Assembly (NCBI GenBank): GCA_000991245.1
Contig: LBRD01000005.1
Location: 10,944-74,943 of the forward strand
Direction: 5' to 3'
Origin: Parcubacteria group bacterium GW2011_GWC1_36_108
GTDB taxonomy: Bacteria; Patescibacteriota; Minisyncoccia; Moranbacterales; GWC2-37-73
Length of the DNA: 64,000 nucleotides
Below the pieces are notes generated by a model. The model searched no databases. It worked only from the letters and a program-made list of their open reading frames with translations, and was not told where the DNA came from. Of this stretch, positions 1 through 9,846 are shown piece by piece. Each line of letters opens with the position of its first letter. The stretch's first letter is position 1. Made by a program: the position numbers and the translations under genes.

Positions 1-1124
1 TGAACAATCTTTCCTGCTACTAAACCAACAACGCCAATTGAAAAATGTTCGCTAATGGCAAAAATAAATTTCTTATCCTTAAAGGCGTTTTCGGCTAAAA
101 CTTTAACTTCATCCACTATTTTTTCAGTAATTTTTTGTCTTTCAGAATTATTCGCTTCAAGTTCGAGCGCAAAAATACGAGCTTTTGCAACGTCTTTTTC
201 TATTATCAAATTATAAGCCAAACTGGCATGATTAATTCTGCCAGCCGCATTAATACGAGGAGCTATATAAAAAGAAACTTTTTTAGTATCCGGAATTTCA
301 TTTTCGTTTATTACTATTCTGCCAACCGTAAACAATTCCAAAAGTCCAATACGCCGCGTTTTAGAAAGAACCGTTAATCCGTATTTTACAAAAAGTCTGT
401 TTTCTCCAACAAGAGGAACGCAATCGGCAATAGTTCCAATAGCCACCAAATCAAGCATCCACTTTGAAAGATGTATTTTTTCAGGCAAAAGTTTTTGAAA
501 AACGGCTTGCACAACTTTAAAAGCCACCCCCACACCAGCCAGCTCCTTAAAGGGATAACCACAGCCATCTTGATGTGGATTTATAATAGCAAATGCATCA
601 GGCACACTTGCTGGAACATGATGATGGTCTGTAATGATAACATCCATACCAAAAGAATTTGCCTTTTCAACTTCAGCAATACTAGTGATTCCGCAATCCA
701 CAGTAATAATTAAATTTACATTTTTTTCTTTAAAAATATCAATGGCAGCACTGTTGATTCCATATCCCTCACTATGTTTATTCGGAATATATACAAAAGA
801 TTCAATCCCAAGAAGATCCAATGTTTCCTTAATAATAGCTGATGATGTTATTCCATCTGCATCATAATCACCAAAAATAGCAACTTGCTGTTTTTCATCG
901 CGAGCTCTCTTGATTCTATCAACAACTTTTTCCATATCACCAAAAGCAAACGGATCAAATGAATCCGTTTCATAATTTGGATCAATAAATTGAGATATTT
1001 CTTTTTCAGATTTCAGCCCCCGTGAAAGTAATAATTTTATGACTGATGAGTTTAGTGAGAGTGATGATCCGCCAGCTGGCAGAGATGAAATTTCCTGCGG
1101 TTCTTTAAGCGTCCATTTAGCCAT
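1..1124 (-). CDS. recJ: single-stranded-DNA exonuclease RecJ (3' end runs off the window)
   Basis: Manual minus-strand translation from ATG 1124 (MAKWTLKEP) gives the DHH-family motifs IFGDYDADG, ITVDCGI, ITDHH and APRINAAGR. Confidence 0.92.
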   Translation of the reverse strand, partial: MAKWTLKEPQEISSLPAGGSSLSLNSSVIKLLLSRGLKSEKEISQFIDPNYETDSFDPFAFGDMEKVVDRIKRARDEKQQVAIFGDYDADGITSSAIIKETLDLLGIESFVYIPNKHSEGYGINSAAIDIFKEKNVNLIITVDCGITSIAEVEKANSFGMDVIITDHHHVPASVPDAFAIINPHQDGCGYPFKELAGVGVAFKVVQAVFQKLLPEKIHLSKWMLDLVAIGTIADCVPLVGENRLFVKYGLTVLSKTRRIGLLELFTVGRIVINENEIPDTKKVSFYIAPRINAAGRINHASLAYNLIIEKDVAKARIFALELEANNSERQKITEKIVDEVKVLAENAFKDKKFIFAISEHFSIGVVGLVAGKIV

Positions 1125-1143
1125 AATAAATCATTTAACCATT

Positions 1144-1278
1144 TCAGAAGTTACGCTTTTCGAAACATTTCTTTTTTGGCCAATAGCCGCCGAGAGGGGC
1201 TTCTTGAGCTTTTGGATAGTGAGTATTTATCCAAAAGCGTGCCAAATAAGAAATAGTTGAGAAAATGCGTAAGTCCTA
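1144..1278. repeat. dispersed palindromic element family A, copy 1
   Basis: Outer arms AAGTTACGC...GCGTAAGT and inner hairpin GCTTTTGGAT..ATCCAAAAGC; near-identical to the reverse complement of 61709-61842. Confidence 0.9.
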
Positions 1279-1285
1279 CATTTAA

Positions 1286-1864
1286 TCATTTAACCACGCT
1301 GCCACATCCAGGACAAACAAATTTCGCTTCAAATACTCGATCCTTTGGATTAATTAATTTGAGCTTAAGTACGAGTTTTGCACTACAATCCAAACAAAGA
1401 TAATTTGCTTGAAAATTAAGGTCTTTGGCTATTTTTTGAGCATCTTGAGCATAAACATCAAAATCCAGTTGATATTCCTTTCCAGCTTGAGTAAACAATG
1501 AGCTTATACGCTCCACTACTTCAATAGGGCGAGTTGTTCCTCTAACAATAAAATCTTTCACTCCCAATTTAGTTGCCCTAATTCTATCTTCTTCCCTACC
1601 CATGTGCGAAGAAATGACGACTGGAATAGTTGAAGTCATAACTGTTTTTTGCAATGATTCAACCATCGAAAATCCATCCATTCTTGGCATAACTATTCCA
1701 GTAAATATTACATCAGGAATTTCTTTTGTCGCTTTGTCTAAACCCTCTACCCCATCGTTTGCCACAATAACTTCAAAATTGGCATTTTGAAATATCTCAA
1801 CATACATTTCTCTTAGTTCAACATCATCATCAACAATAAGAACTTTTAATTTTTTATTTTCCAT
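1286..1864 (-). CDS. response-regulator receiver protein (phospho-Asp replaced by Gly) with C-terminal CxxC..CxxC zinc ribbon
   Basis: KVLIVDDD, DVIFTGIVMPRMDG, C-terminal CLDC...CPGC. Confidence 0.85.
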   Translation of the reverse strand: MENKKLKVLIVDDDVELREMYVEIFQNANFEVIVANDGVEGLDKATKEIPDVIFTGIVMPRMDGFSMVESLQKTVMTSTIPVVISSHMGREEDRIRATKLGVKDFIVRGTTRPIEVVERISSLFTQAGKEYQLDFDVYAQDAQKIAKDLNFQANYLCLDCSAKLVLKLKLINPKDRVFEAKFVCPGCGSVVK

Positions 1865-1878
1865 ATATTTTTAAAATC

Positions 1879-1997
1879 TTGTAATTGCGAGAATATTTTC
1901 TTTTTGGCCAATTGTTGGCGACAGCGACTCTTGAGCTTTTGGATATTGAGCATTCATCCAAAAGCGTGCCAAAAGGGAAATATTCTCGCAATTACAA
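1879..1997. repeat. dispersed palindromic element family A, copy 2
   Basis: Perfect 20-bp terminal IR (TTGTAATTGCGAGAATATTT) around the same core TTTTTGGCCA..CTTGAGCTTTTGGAT..ATCCAAAAGCGTGCCAAA. Confidence 0.9.
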
Positions 1998-2004
1998 AGC
2001 TGGT

Positions 2005-4062
2005 TTAAATAATTATTTTTATATCGACTGCCAAGGCTTCTCGTCCATCATTATAGATAAAAAGAGGATTAATATCAAATTCCAAAATATCCTTATTCTC
2101 AATTGCAAACTGCATCAGACCACTAATGATACTTGAAAATTCTTCTATGTTATAGGCTTGCTGACCACGTGCACCAGAAAATAAGAAACTTATCTTACTT
2201 TTTAAGATTTGATCCCTAATACTTTGAGCAGACATTGGAGGAATTAGAAAATTAACCATTTTGAAAACTTCCGTATAAATTCCACCCAAGCCATACACAA
2301 TTACTGGTCCAAAAATACTATCTTGTTTGATTCCTAAAATAAGTTCTATTTGTTTATCCTGCATTGGCTGCACAACCAAACGCTCATTTGGAAAATTAGC
2401 TCTTAGTTTTTTAGCAGCAGTTTCTAATGCTGAAGGATCTTTGACATTTAAAATAAGTGCTTGCTTATCTGATTTATGCAACACTTTATCACTATCAATC
2501 TTAATCACGACTGGGTATTGCATAATAGGTGAAATTTCAGATTCAGGTAAAATTTCAACCCAATCTACCGGATTTACAGCATATTTTTTCATAACTACAG
2601 CTGCTTCAGAAAAGTACAACGCACTTCTGTTTTGTTTTTTGGCAACAACAATAATATCTTCGACTTGTTTTTTGCGCGACACAATAATCTCATCCTTACA
2701 AATCATCTCCTTGGTTTTTTTAAAAACGCTCCACTTATAATATTTATCCCAAGCTAAAATTGCACCGTCCGGATTCGAAAAGTTTGGGATTGAGTTTGTT
2801 TTCAATTCATCAACAGCTTTTTTGATACGTCCTCCTCCGATAAATACAGTCATTATTGCAGCTGAATTTTCTTTCCTTTTTTTTATTATAACATTTGTGA
2901 TCTTTTCCACTGGCGTCTGCTGTTGCGGGGTAAGAACTGATATTATTGCACCAATTTTTTGCTTGCTTAAAATATCAATAACACTCTGATATCTATCATC
3001 CTGAGCATCTCCCAATAAATCAATAGGGTTTTCCACGGAGGCTTCCAGTGGCAAAACGCTTTGCATTAGATTTTTTGTTTTTTTGTCGAGATCAGCGAGT
3101 ACAATATTCTTTTTATCAAAAGCATCGGTTGTTAGTACGCCTGCTCCTCCAGCATTCGTAAGCACAGCGACTTTTTCATTTTTTGGAGCATCAACAAATG
3201 AAACAAGTGTGAGCAAGTTAAAAAAATCTTCCAGATCATTAGCTCTAATAACACCTGCTTTTTCAAAAGCAATATCAATAATTTCATCGCTTCCTGCCAA
3301 TGCGCCAGTATGTGACGATATGGCTATTTGTGCTTTTTCTGTTTTGCCAGCCTTCAAAATTACTATTGGCTTTATCTTGGAAACTTTCTTAGCTACTTCA
3401 ATAAACTTTCTTCCGTCTTTTATTCCTTCCAGATACATTCCGATAACTTTTGTTTCCTTATCTTTTGCGAGATATTCAAGCAATGCGGATTCATCAAGTT
3501 GCATCTTATTCCCAACTGAAATAATTTGCGAAAATCCAATATGTTCATTAGCAGCTCTATCCATCAGAGCCACTGCCAATGCGCCTGATTGTGAAATAAA
3601 AGCAATGTTTCCGGCTTTTGGCATTCCGCCAGCAAAAGAAGCATTGAGTTTAAGTTTTGGGACAATAAATCCCAAGCAATTTGGTCCTAAAATGTTTAGG
3701 TTATGTTTTTGTGCAAGTTCAGCCAAATCTTTCTCTCTTTTTATTCCTTCTGCATCAGTTTCGGAAAATCCCGCTGAAATAATAACAAAATTCTTAACTT
3801 TCTCACAACTACCAGCAATCACATCAAGCACAAACTTTGCCGGCACAGCCACCAACGCCACGTCAACAGATTTTTTTATACTATTAAGATCAGGATAACA
3901 ACGTTTTAATCTCAAAAGCTTATAAGAAGGATTCACGAAATATATTTCTCCCTTATAACCAAGTTTTACGATATTATCAACCAAAACGGTGCCTATTTTC
4001 CCTTTTTTGTTTGAAGCACCAATAATAGCGATCGATTTTGGTGCGAAAAGTTTTTCTAGCAT
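2005..4062 (-). CDS. acetate/acyl-CoA ligase (ADP-forming), alpha-beta fusion
   Basis: PKSIAIIGAS CoA-binding start, ILGPNCLG, SQSGA, SHTGALAG phospho-His loop, C-terminal ATP-grasp with FDINP. Confidence 0.92.
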   Translation of the reverse strand: MLEKLFAPKSIAIIGASNKKGKIGTVLVDNIVKLGYKGEIYFVNPSYKLLRLKRCYPDLNSIKKSVDVALVAVPAKFVLDVIAGSCEKVKNFVIISAGFSETDAEGIKREKDLAELAQKHNLNILGPNCLGFIVPKLKLNASFAGGMPKAGNIAFISQSGALAVALMDRAANEHIGFSQIISVGNKMQLDESALLEYLAKDKETKVIGMYLEGIKDGRKFIEVAKKVSKIKPIVILKAGKTEKAQIAISSHTGALAGSDEIIDIAFEKAGVIRANDLEDFFNLLTLVSFVDAPKNEKVAVLTNAGGAGVLTTDAFDKKNIVLADLDKKTKNLMQSVLPLEASVENPIDLLGDAQDDRYQSVIDILSKQKIGAIISVLTPQQQTPVEKITNVIIKKRKENSAAIMTVFIGGGRIKKAVDELKTNSIPNFSNPDGAILAWDKYYKWSVFKKTKEMICKDEIIVSRKKQVEDIIVVAKKQNRSALYFSEAAVVMKKYAVNPVDWVEILPESEISPIMQYPVVIKIDSDKVLHKSDKQALILNVKDPSALETAAKKLRANFPNERLVVQPMQDKQIELILGIKQDSIFGPVIVYGLGGIYTEVFKMVNFLIPPMSAQSIRDQILKSKISFLFSGARGQQAYNIEEFSSIISGLMQFAIENKDILEFDINPLFIYNDGREALAVDIKIII

Positions 4063-4116
4063 ATTTTTATTTTTTATTTATAATATATGTTTATTATATC
4101 AGAAAAATAAACAATT

Positions 4117-4148
4117 TAAAAACCCGCTCTGCATTGCAGAAACGGGCT
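4117..4148 (-). terminator. intrinsic terminator of the orphan unit at 4303-4959
   Basis: Minus strand CCCGTTTCTGCA-A-TGCAGAGCGGG followed by TTTTT. Confidence 0.65.
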
Positions 4149-4302
4149 AATAAGTTTCAAGTAGTGGACTCGCCGCTATTACCACTATCCCAAGGACTTC
4201 TCCTGTTACACTTTTTCGTTGAGGGATGGTGCGGATCCCTCTGCTACTGAATTATATTCAAAGCATCGTAGTCATTTTCCTTTCTTTTAAATTAGACAGT
4301 TT

Positions 4303-4959
4303 TTAGGCTGTCATTTTCTCAACATAGTCAATGACTGCATCCATAATAATTTTGCGAACTTGCTTGCCGCTTGAATATGCGACTGGCTGCACCTTGCCGT
4401 TAACAAGAATACACCCACTCCACGCATCAAGCATGATTTGAATAATTTCCTGAGCACCATCACTGATGGAAAATTTGATTCCTGGAAGTTCCTTGATTGA
4501 AAGATCTAGACCGACATCAAGCACAAACCCCCATGACCTGACCTCCAAACGAATTCCGTCCTCCAGGCATTGAGAAGTTATCTCCTCAACAACTTCCTGC
4601 TGCCTTTTCTGCCGACCAGTTATCATAGCGTTCAGTGAATTTTGATTTGCAATCCTTATTGACTCAAGACCATTCATCCATGACAATAATGCTATTGACT
4701 TATCATCACGCAGAGCAATGCCAAGTGGAAATCTTGCCTCAATCATCCTATTCTGATCGCATCCCCAATCTCCAGATTGCACAATTGCAGAAACAAGTGT
4801 GGGATTATCAAATTCCAATCTGATATCACCCATGTGAACACGTCCTAAAATCATCGCCAGATCATTAATTGCATTTTCAGAACACTTGAATGTCATTATG
4901 ACTGTTGGACCAATTCCAGGATACCGCTTACCCATTTCTCTTAAGATCTCTGCTCTCAT
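4303..4959 (-). CDS. hypothetical protein (orphan)
   Basis: ORF track; start moved to ATG 4959, which follows SD AAGGGAGGT (4964-4972). Confidence 0.75.
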   Translation of the reverse strand: MRAEILREMGKRYPGIGPTVIMTFKCSENAINDLAMILGRVHMGDIRLEFDNPTLVSAIVQSGDWGCDQNRMIEARFPLGIALRDDKSIALLSWMNGLESIRIANQNSLNAMITGRQKRQQEVVEEITSQCLEDGIRLEVRSWGFVLDVGLDLSIKELPGIKFSISDGAQEIIQIMLDAWSGCILVNGKVQPVAYSSGKQVRKIIMDAVIDYVEKMTA

Positions 4960-4975
4960 GTGAACCTCCCTTAAA

Positions 4976-5044
4976 AATATAATGTACAACTTGGTGCATA
5001 AGCAGCCAATCGTTAATGATAGCACAAAATCATGCTTAAGTCAA
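4976..5044 (-). promoter_or_regulatory. sigma70 promoter plus boxA-like motif
   Basis: TTGACT (5044-5039), 17 bp, TATCAT (5021-5016) with TGn extension; GTACATTATATT at 4987-4976. Confidence 0.7.
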
Positions 5045-5047
5045 GTC

Positions 5048-5084
5048 AAAAAAATCACCATTCAATGAAGAGTGGTGATTTTTT
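5048..5084. terminator. bidirectional-type intrinsic terminator
   Basis: AAAAAAATCACCA..TGGTGATTTTTT. Confidence 0.75.
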
Positions 5085-5106
5085 GCTTTATTACTAGCAT
5101 TTTCAC

Positions 5107-5823
5107 TTATCGTGTCCAGCGAAATGATTTGAAAAAATCATTAAAATCATCCGCAAAAAATTCATATTGGTATTCGCCGGTCCCGCAAACAAAAACATAA
5201 CTATTTCCTTGATGCGAAGTGATGGCCTGAGAAACTCTTGTTCTATTGCCAAGCGGGTCAGTGAAAGAAAATTCAATCATATAGGCGTCTTCTCCTCCAA
5301 TTTTGGTCCGCAATGAGGAAATTTCTTTGAAGTCTTTAATGTGCGTCGAGAGGTCACTGGCAACAGCATTGTGAATTTCTTGATCTGATTTTTGAAAATT
5401 GATCCCAACTGGATTAGACCTAACGTCACAACCGGTTCTTTGATCGCCTTTTAAGCGAAAGCCTCCCAAATATGAATCGCCATATTTTTTTTCTTCATCA
5501 TTGTCTGCAACAAAAGCATTTGGAAATTTAAAGCTAAAATCGGGACCAATGTGAGAATAAGATTCATAATTAATCTTTGAAATTCCCGCATTTATTCTAA
5601 TACCTGTAACATTAGTGTTTGACCAAGATTTTATTCCGCTAATAACACCAAGGATAATAGCTATTATCACTAAGATAAAAAATATTTTTTTAATATCCTT
5701 TTTCCATCCAGCCCAATCCACAAGAAAATGTTTTAAAGTTTTTTTTGAATCAGCTTTATTAACAGCCTCCTTTTCTTCAACTTCTATGATGATTTCATTT
5801 TCGCTATTTTTATCTTCTTCCAT
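5107..5823 (-). CDS. single-TM membrane protein with a possible PsbP-like extracellular domain
   Basis: TM segment IFFILVIIAIILGVISGI, then FSFKFP and IGGEDAYMIEF patterns. Confidence 0.65.
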   Translation of the reverse strand: MEEDKNSENEIIIEVEEKEAVNKADSKKTLKHFLVDWAGWKKDIKKIFFILVIIAIILGVISGIKSWSNTNVTGIRINAGISKINYESYSHIGPDFSFKFPNAFVADNDEEKKYGDSYLGGFRLKGDQRTGCDVRSNPVGINFQKSDQEIHNAVASDLSTHIKDFKEISSLRTKIGGEDAYMIEFSFTDPLGNRTRVSQAITSHQGNSYVFVCGTGEYQYEFFADDFNDFFKSFRWTR

Positions 5824-5853
5824 ATAGGTAAGTCATTATATTGACTTAAGATA

Positions 5854-8800
5854 TTAGCAAGTTGTTCCAGTTACGATTCCACCTTCGATTGTGATAGTAC
5901 AAGTATCAGTAGTCAGTGGACCTTTTACTACAGTAAGCGTACTGCTAACTCCACTGTTTCCATCAACCTTAAATACTCCAGTAGCTGAAACATCTTTAAC
6001 ATCTGAAAGATCATTTCCATTAGCATCAATGTCTGCTGCCATATTCAATGTGTCAGCAAGGTTAAGTCCTCCGCTTCCAGTAAAGTCAGTTCCACTGTTT
6101 CCAAGGTTAGTCAAAACATTATCATGCATATCAATGTCACCTCTCATATCAGAATCCCCTGTTATATCAAAACCTCCCGCAGTAACAGTGAACAGACCAC
6201 CAGAAGTTATTGCTCCACCGAATAATCCGCTAGTAGCAATATTCAAACTTCCGCTACCAACAAGATTCCCGCTAAGAGTAAGCGCTGAAAGATTTGTATC
6301 TCCGTTTGATTGAATTTGCCAATCACCGTCTGTAATTGAAACATTAGCATTAGAATTACCAATATGAACTTGCGCAGCGTCTGCCCCTGCTGTTCCAAGA
6401 TTTATTGTTGAATCTGGTCCAGCAGTGTTGTCAGAATTTGTAAGACCAGTAAGGAAATTTACACTGTCAGCATAAATTGTTGACCAACGTGAACCGCTTG
6501 TTCCAAGTGATCCACCAGTAATGTCACCCTCGACGTGCAAATTAGCCTTGCCAGTTCCTGTATTTCTAATAAAAACATCAGAATCAACAGCATTGTTTGC
6601 AATATCAATATTCATGCTGTTGCTTGTTGAAAAGATGTTTCCACCTGAAAGACCTGCTGTTCCATCGCTAAGTAAGAAAGCTAACACGCTGCCTGTTGTA
6701 TTTACATTTATAGCGCTGTTTAAGTCGCTACCCACTATTGTTCCGTCTATAATTTTTGCAGAATCAACACTATCACCAGAAAGTTTTGCGTTTGTTACTG
6801 CACCATCAACAATAGAATTTGTTGTTATTGAATTATCAACCACAGCAGCTGCAAGAGTTGCTGTGCTAGCATTTCCTGTGATGTTAGCAGCTATATCAGA
6901 TGAAAAAGTTTTAATTCCATCTATTGTTTGATCTCCAATTGTGTAGACACCATTAGTAACAGTTTCAGCATTTCCTGTGATATTAGCAACTATGTCAGAT
7001 GAAAAAGTTTTAATTCCATCGATTGTCTGATCTCCGATTGTGTAAACACCATTGGTAACAGTTGCTGCATTTCCTGTAATATTAGCAACAACATCCTGCG
7101 TGAATGTATTGATGCCAGTCAAAGTGTTATTAGCAGCAGCATAAACTCCATCAGTAACGGTTGCAGCATTTCCTGTAATGTTAGCAACTATATCAGATGA
7201 AAAAGTCTTAATTCCATCTATTGTTTGATCTCCGATTGTGTAAACACCATTGGTAACAGTTGCTGCATTTCCAGTAATATTAGCAACGACATCCTGTGTG
7301 AATGTGTTGATACCAGTCAAGGTATTATTAGCAGCAGTATAAACTCCATCAGTAACGGTTGCGGCATTTCCTGTTATATTAGCAATAACATTTGAAGTAA
7401 ATGTTTTAATTCCATCGATTGTCTGATCTCCGATTGTGTAAACACCATTAGTAACTGTTCCAGCATTTCCACTCACGTTGCCAGTTACATCACCAACAAG
7501 ATCTCCAGTAAATTGAACTGCAGTTATAGTTGTAGTTGAATCGATATTACTTCCGGTTATTGTGTCATTTGCGATTTTTACACCAGTTACCGCTCCGTCA
7601 GCAATCTTTGCAGTAGTTACACTTTGATCTGCAAGCTTCACAGGAGTAATAGCACTATCTGCGATTTTTCCAGAAGTAACAGCAGCATCAAGAATTTTTG
7701 AAGTGATAACAGAATCATCTGCTAATTTTGAAGTTGTTACTGCACCATCAAGAATTTTTGCAGTAATCACGCTACCATCAGCTAATTTAATATCAGTAAT
7801 TGCACCGTCCTGGACTTTTGCTGTTGAGATTGAACCGTCAGCTAAATTAACAGCCACGATTGTTCCATCGGCAATTTTTCCAGAAGTAACAGCACCGTCA
7901 ATTATTTTTGCAGTCGAAACAGAATTGTCAGCTAATTTTATCGTAGTAATTATTCCATCTGCAAGATCAGCTACTTGAACCGTTCCGTCAACAATCTTTG
8001 CGCTAGTCACACTATCGTCTGCTAGCTTTACTGTAGTGATTGCACCATCAGCAATTTTTTCTGTTGTTATTGTTGCATCCAGGATTTTAACTGCTGTTAC
8101 TGAATCATCTGCTAATATTGCAGTTGTCACAGCCAGGTCTTGAATTTTTGAAGTACTAACTGATCCATCTGCCAATTTGATATTTGTAATAGCGCTGTCT
8201 TCAATTTTTGCTGTTGAAATTGAACCGTCAGCTAAATTAACAGCCACGATTGTTCCATCGGCAATTTTTCCAGAAGTAATTGTTCCATCTAAAATTTTTG
8301 AATTAACCACGCTACCGTCAGCCAATTTGCTTGTAAGAATAGCACCATCAGCGATTTGATTGCTTCCAACTCCACCATCAGCAATCCCAACAGTTCCGAC
8401 ACCAATAGTTATTCCTGTTCCAGCGCCGACAGTTAAGGTTACATTTCCAAGTGTTCCACCACCAATCAATCCGTCTCCAGCAGTAACACCAGTTATTGTT
8501 CCACCACCAGCAATTGAGTTAACAGTCCAAGAACCATCGTTATTATTAACAACTGTAACATTGTCTCCAGCAACAATTGATTTAACCATACTTCCGTCTG
8601 AAGCAAGTTTATTTCCTGTTATTGTTCCATCAGCAATCTGCAGCCCAGTTATTGAACCGATAATTTTTGAAGCGTCTAAGCTTGTTATCCATGCAGGGTC
8701 ATTATATGAGCCAGTTGTGTAAACACCATCAGTAACGGTGTCAGCATTTCCTGTAAGTGTTCCAACAACGCTGCCAATAAGATTACCCACGAATGAACCA

Positions 8801-9654
8801 GCAGTAACTGTTCCAGTTGTTGTGACATCTCCGCTGCTTATAACGGTCACGCCATCAGTAAAAGAAGCTGCTGTAACAGCGCCTGTAGTGTTGATAGTAA
8901 TATCTGAAGCTAATTTTGAACCCGTGATTTCATTGTCGCCAATTTTAGCGGCAGTTACCACGCCGTCTGCCAATTTTGCAGTTACAATAGCTCCGTCAGC
9001 AATTTTTATTGTTGTCACAGCGCCATCAGCCAATTTTCCATTCGTTACTGCGCCATCAACGATCTTTGCGGTCACAATTGCATCATCTGCAATTTTAACT
9101 CCCGTAACAACTCCGTCAGCAATCTTTGCTGTTGTCACGCTGCCATCAGCCAATTTAACATCAGTTATTGCACCATCAACAATTTTTGCTGTAGTCACGC
9201 TATCATCAGCCAATTTTAAAGTCACAATTGCACCATCAGCAATTTTACCAGCAGTGATTGAGCCATTTGCCAAAGAAACGCCAGCAATTGCACCATTAGC
9301 CAATTTGGCAGAAGTGATTGCACCATTTTTGATGTCTCTTGCTTTAATCGAATCTCGCAAATTTAATTTTGAATATCGTATGCCAGCATTATTTGCAATA
9401 TCCTTATTTTTTAATCGACGTGAAATGTCTACTACATATTGAACACCATTTTTTTCAGCAACCTTTATCACGCTCAATATTTTTTCAGTTCTTGTTTTAG
9501 CATTAACACCATAAAAACCTGCTCCTAAAATAAAAACAACCATAACCAAAACAGTTACGATTTTAACTTTCTTTGCATTTTTCTTCAAAACGTCAGAAAC
9601 AACCCTTCCCTTTTCTAACACTTCCTGCCCAAAAGCTTTTTTACTCATACTCAT
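5854..9654 (-). CDS. membrane-anchored repeat fibre/adhesin-like protein (1266 aa)
   Basis: N-terminal TM, two long blocks of ADG(A/S)(V/I)TTAK(I/L) decapeptides, six 33-aa GNAxTVT(N/D)GVY repeats, beta-rich C-terminus. Confidence 0.85.
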   Translation of the reverse strand: MSMSKKAFGQEVLEKGRVVSDVLKKNAKKVKIVTVLVMVVFILGAGFYGVNAKTRTEKILSVIKVAEKNGVQYVVDISRRLKNKDIANNAGIRYSKLNLRDSIKARDIKNGAITSAKLANGAIAGVSLANGSITAGKIADGAIVTLKLADDSVTTAKIVDGAITDVKLADGSVTTAKIADGVVTGVKIADDAIVTAKIVDGAVTNGKLADGAVTTIKIADGAIVTAKLADGVVTAAKIGDNEITGSKLASDITINTTGAVTAASFTDGVTVISSGDVTTTGTVTAGSFVGNLIGSVVGTLTGNADTVTDGVYTTGSYNDPAWITSLDASKIIGSITGLQIADGTITGNKLASDGSMVKSIVAGDNVTVVNNNDGSWTVNSIAGGGTITGVTAGDGLIGGGTLGNVTLTVGAGTGITIGVGTVGIADGGVGSNQIADGAILTSKLADGSVVNSKILDGTITSGKIADGTIVAVNLADGSISTAKIEDSAITNIKLADGSVSTSKIQDLAVTTAILADDSVTAVKILDATITTEKIADGAITTVKLADDSVTSAKIVDGTVQVADLADGIITTIKLADNSVSTAKIIDGAVTSGKIADGTIVAVNLADGSISTAKVQDGAITDIKLADGSVITAKILDGAVTTSKLADDSVITSKILDAAVTSGKIADSAITPVKLADQSVTTAKIADGAVTGVKIANDTITGSNIDSTTTITAVQFTGDLVGDVTGNVSGNAGTVTNGVYTIGDQTIDGIKTFTSNVIANITGNAATVTDGVYTAANNTLTGINTFTQDVVANITGNAATVTNGVYTIGDQTIDGIKTFSSDIVANITGNAATVTDGVYAAANNTLTGINTFTQDVVANITGNAATVTNGVYTIGDQTIDGIKTFSSDIVANITGNAETVTNGVYTIGDQTIDGIKTFSSDIAANITGNASTATLAAAVVDNSITTNSIVDGAVTNAKLSGDSVDSAKIIDGTIVGSDLNSAINVNTTGSVLAFLLSDGTAGLSGGNIFSTSNSMNIDIANNAVDSDVFIRNTGTGKANLHVEGDITGGSLGTSGSRWSTIYADSVNFLTGLTNSDNTAGPDSTINLGTAGADAAQVHIGNSNANVSITDGDWQIQSNGDTNLSALTLSGNLVGSGSLNIATSGLFGGAITSGGLFTVTAGGFDITGDSDMRGDIDMHDNVLTNLGNSGTDFTGSGGLNLADTLNMAADIDANGNDLSDVKDVSATGVFKVDGNSGVSSTLTVVKGPLTTDTCTITIEGGIVTGTTC
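6869..7470. repeat. 99-bp coding tandem repeat, about 6 units
   Basis: GCATTTCC recurs at 6869, 6968, 7067, 7166, 7265, 7364 and 7463. Confidence 0.9.
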
Positions 9655-9793
9655 TTTATCTAAATTAATTATTGATAAACATTATTAATGCAATATGCCC
9701 ACATAGGGTTGACTGTCCTGTATATCACATATACCAATTTTTGTCAATTCAACACGCTGTGGTTTATATATATCAATATTAGCTATTAAAAAC

Positions 9794-9823
9794 AAAAAAG
9801 CACCGCCGATAGCGGTGTTTTTT
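9794..9823 (-). terminator. terminator after dnaJ
   Basis: AAAAAAGCACCGC-CGATA-GCGGTGTTTTTT. Confidence 0.75.
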
Positions 9824-9846
9824 GCAAAATAAGTTTTTTTGATGAT

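Noticed and set aside
6869-7470. Regularly spaced repeats as a possible CRISPR array
   Set aside because: The period is 99 bp and in frame, variation is largely synonymous, there are no unique spacers, and no cas genes are present.
3083-9442. Long + strand ORFs (e.g. 3083-3898, 8738-9442) and similar antisense ORFs throughout the window
   Set aside because: They are shadows of well-supported minus-strand genes, have no recognisable motifs, and are explained by codon bias and repeats.
5854-9654. Prophage suggested by tail-fibre-like repeats
   Set aside because: There are no integrase, terminase, capsid or other phage genes, and the protein has a membrane anchor.
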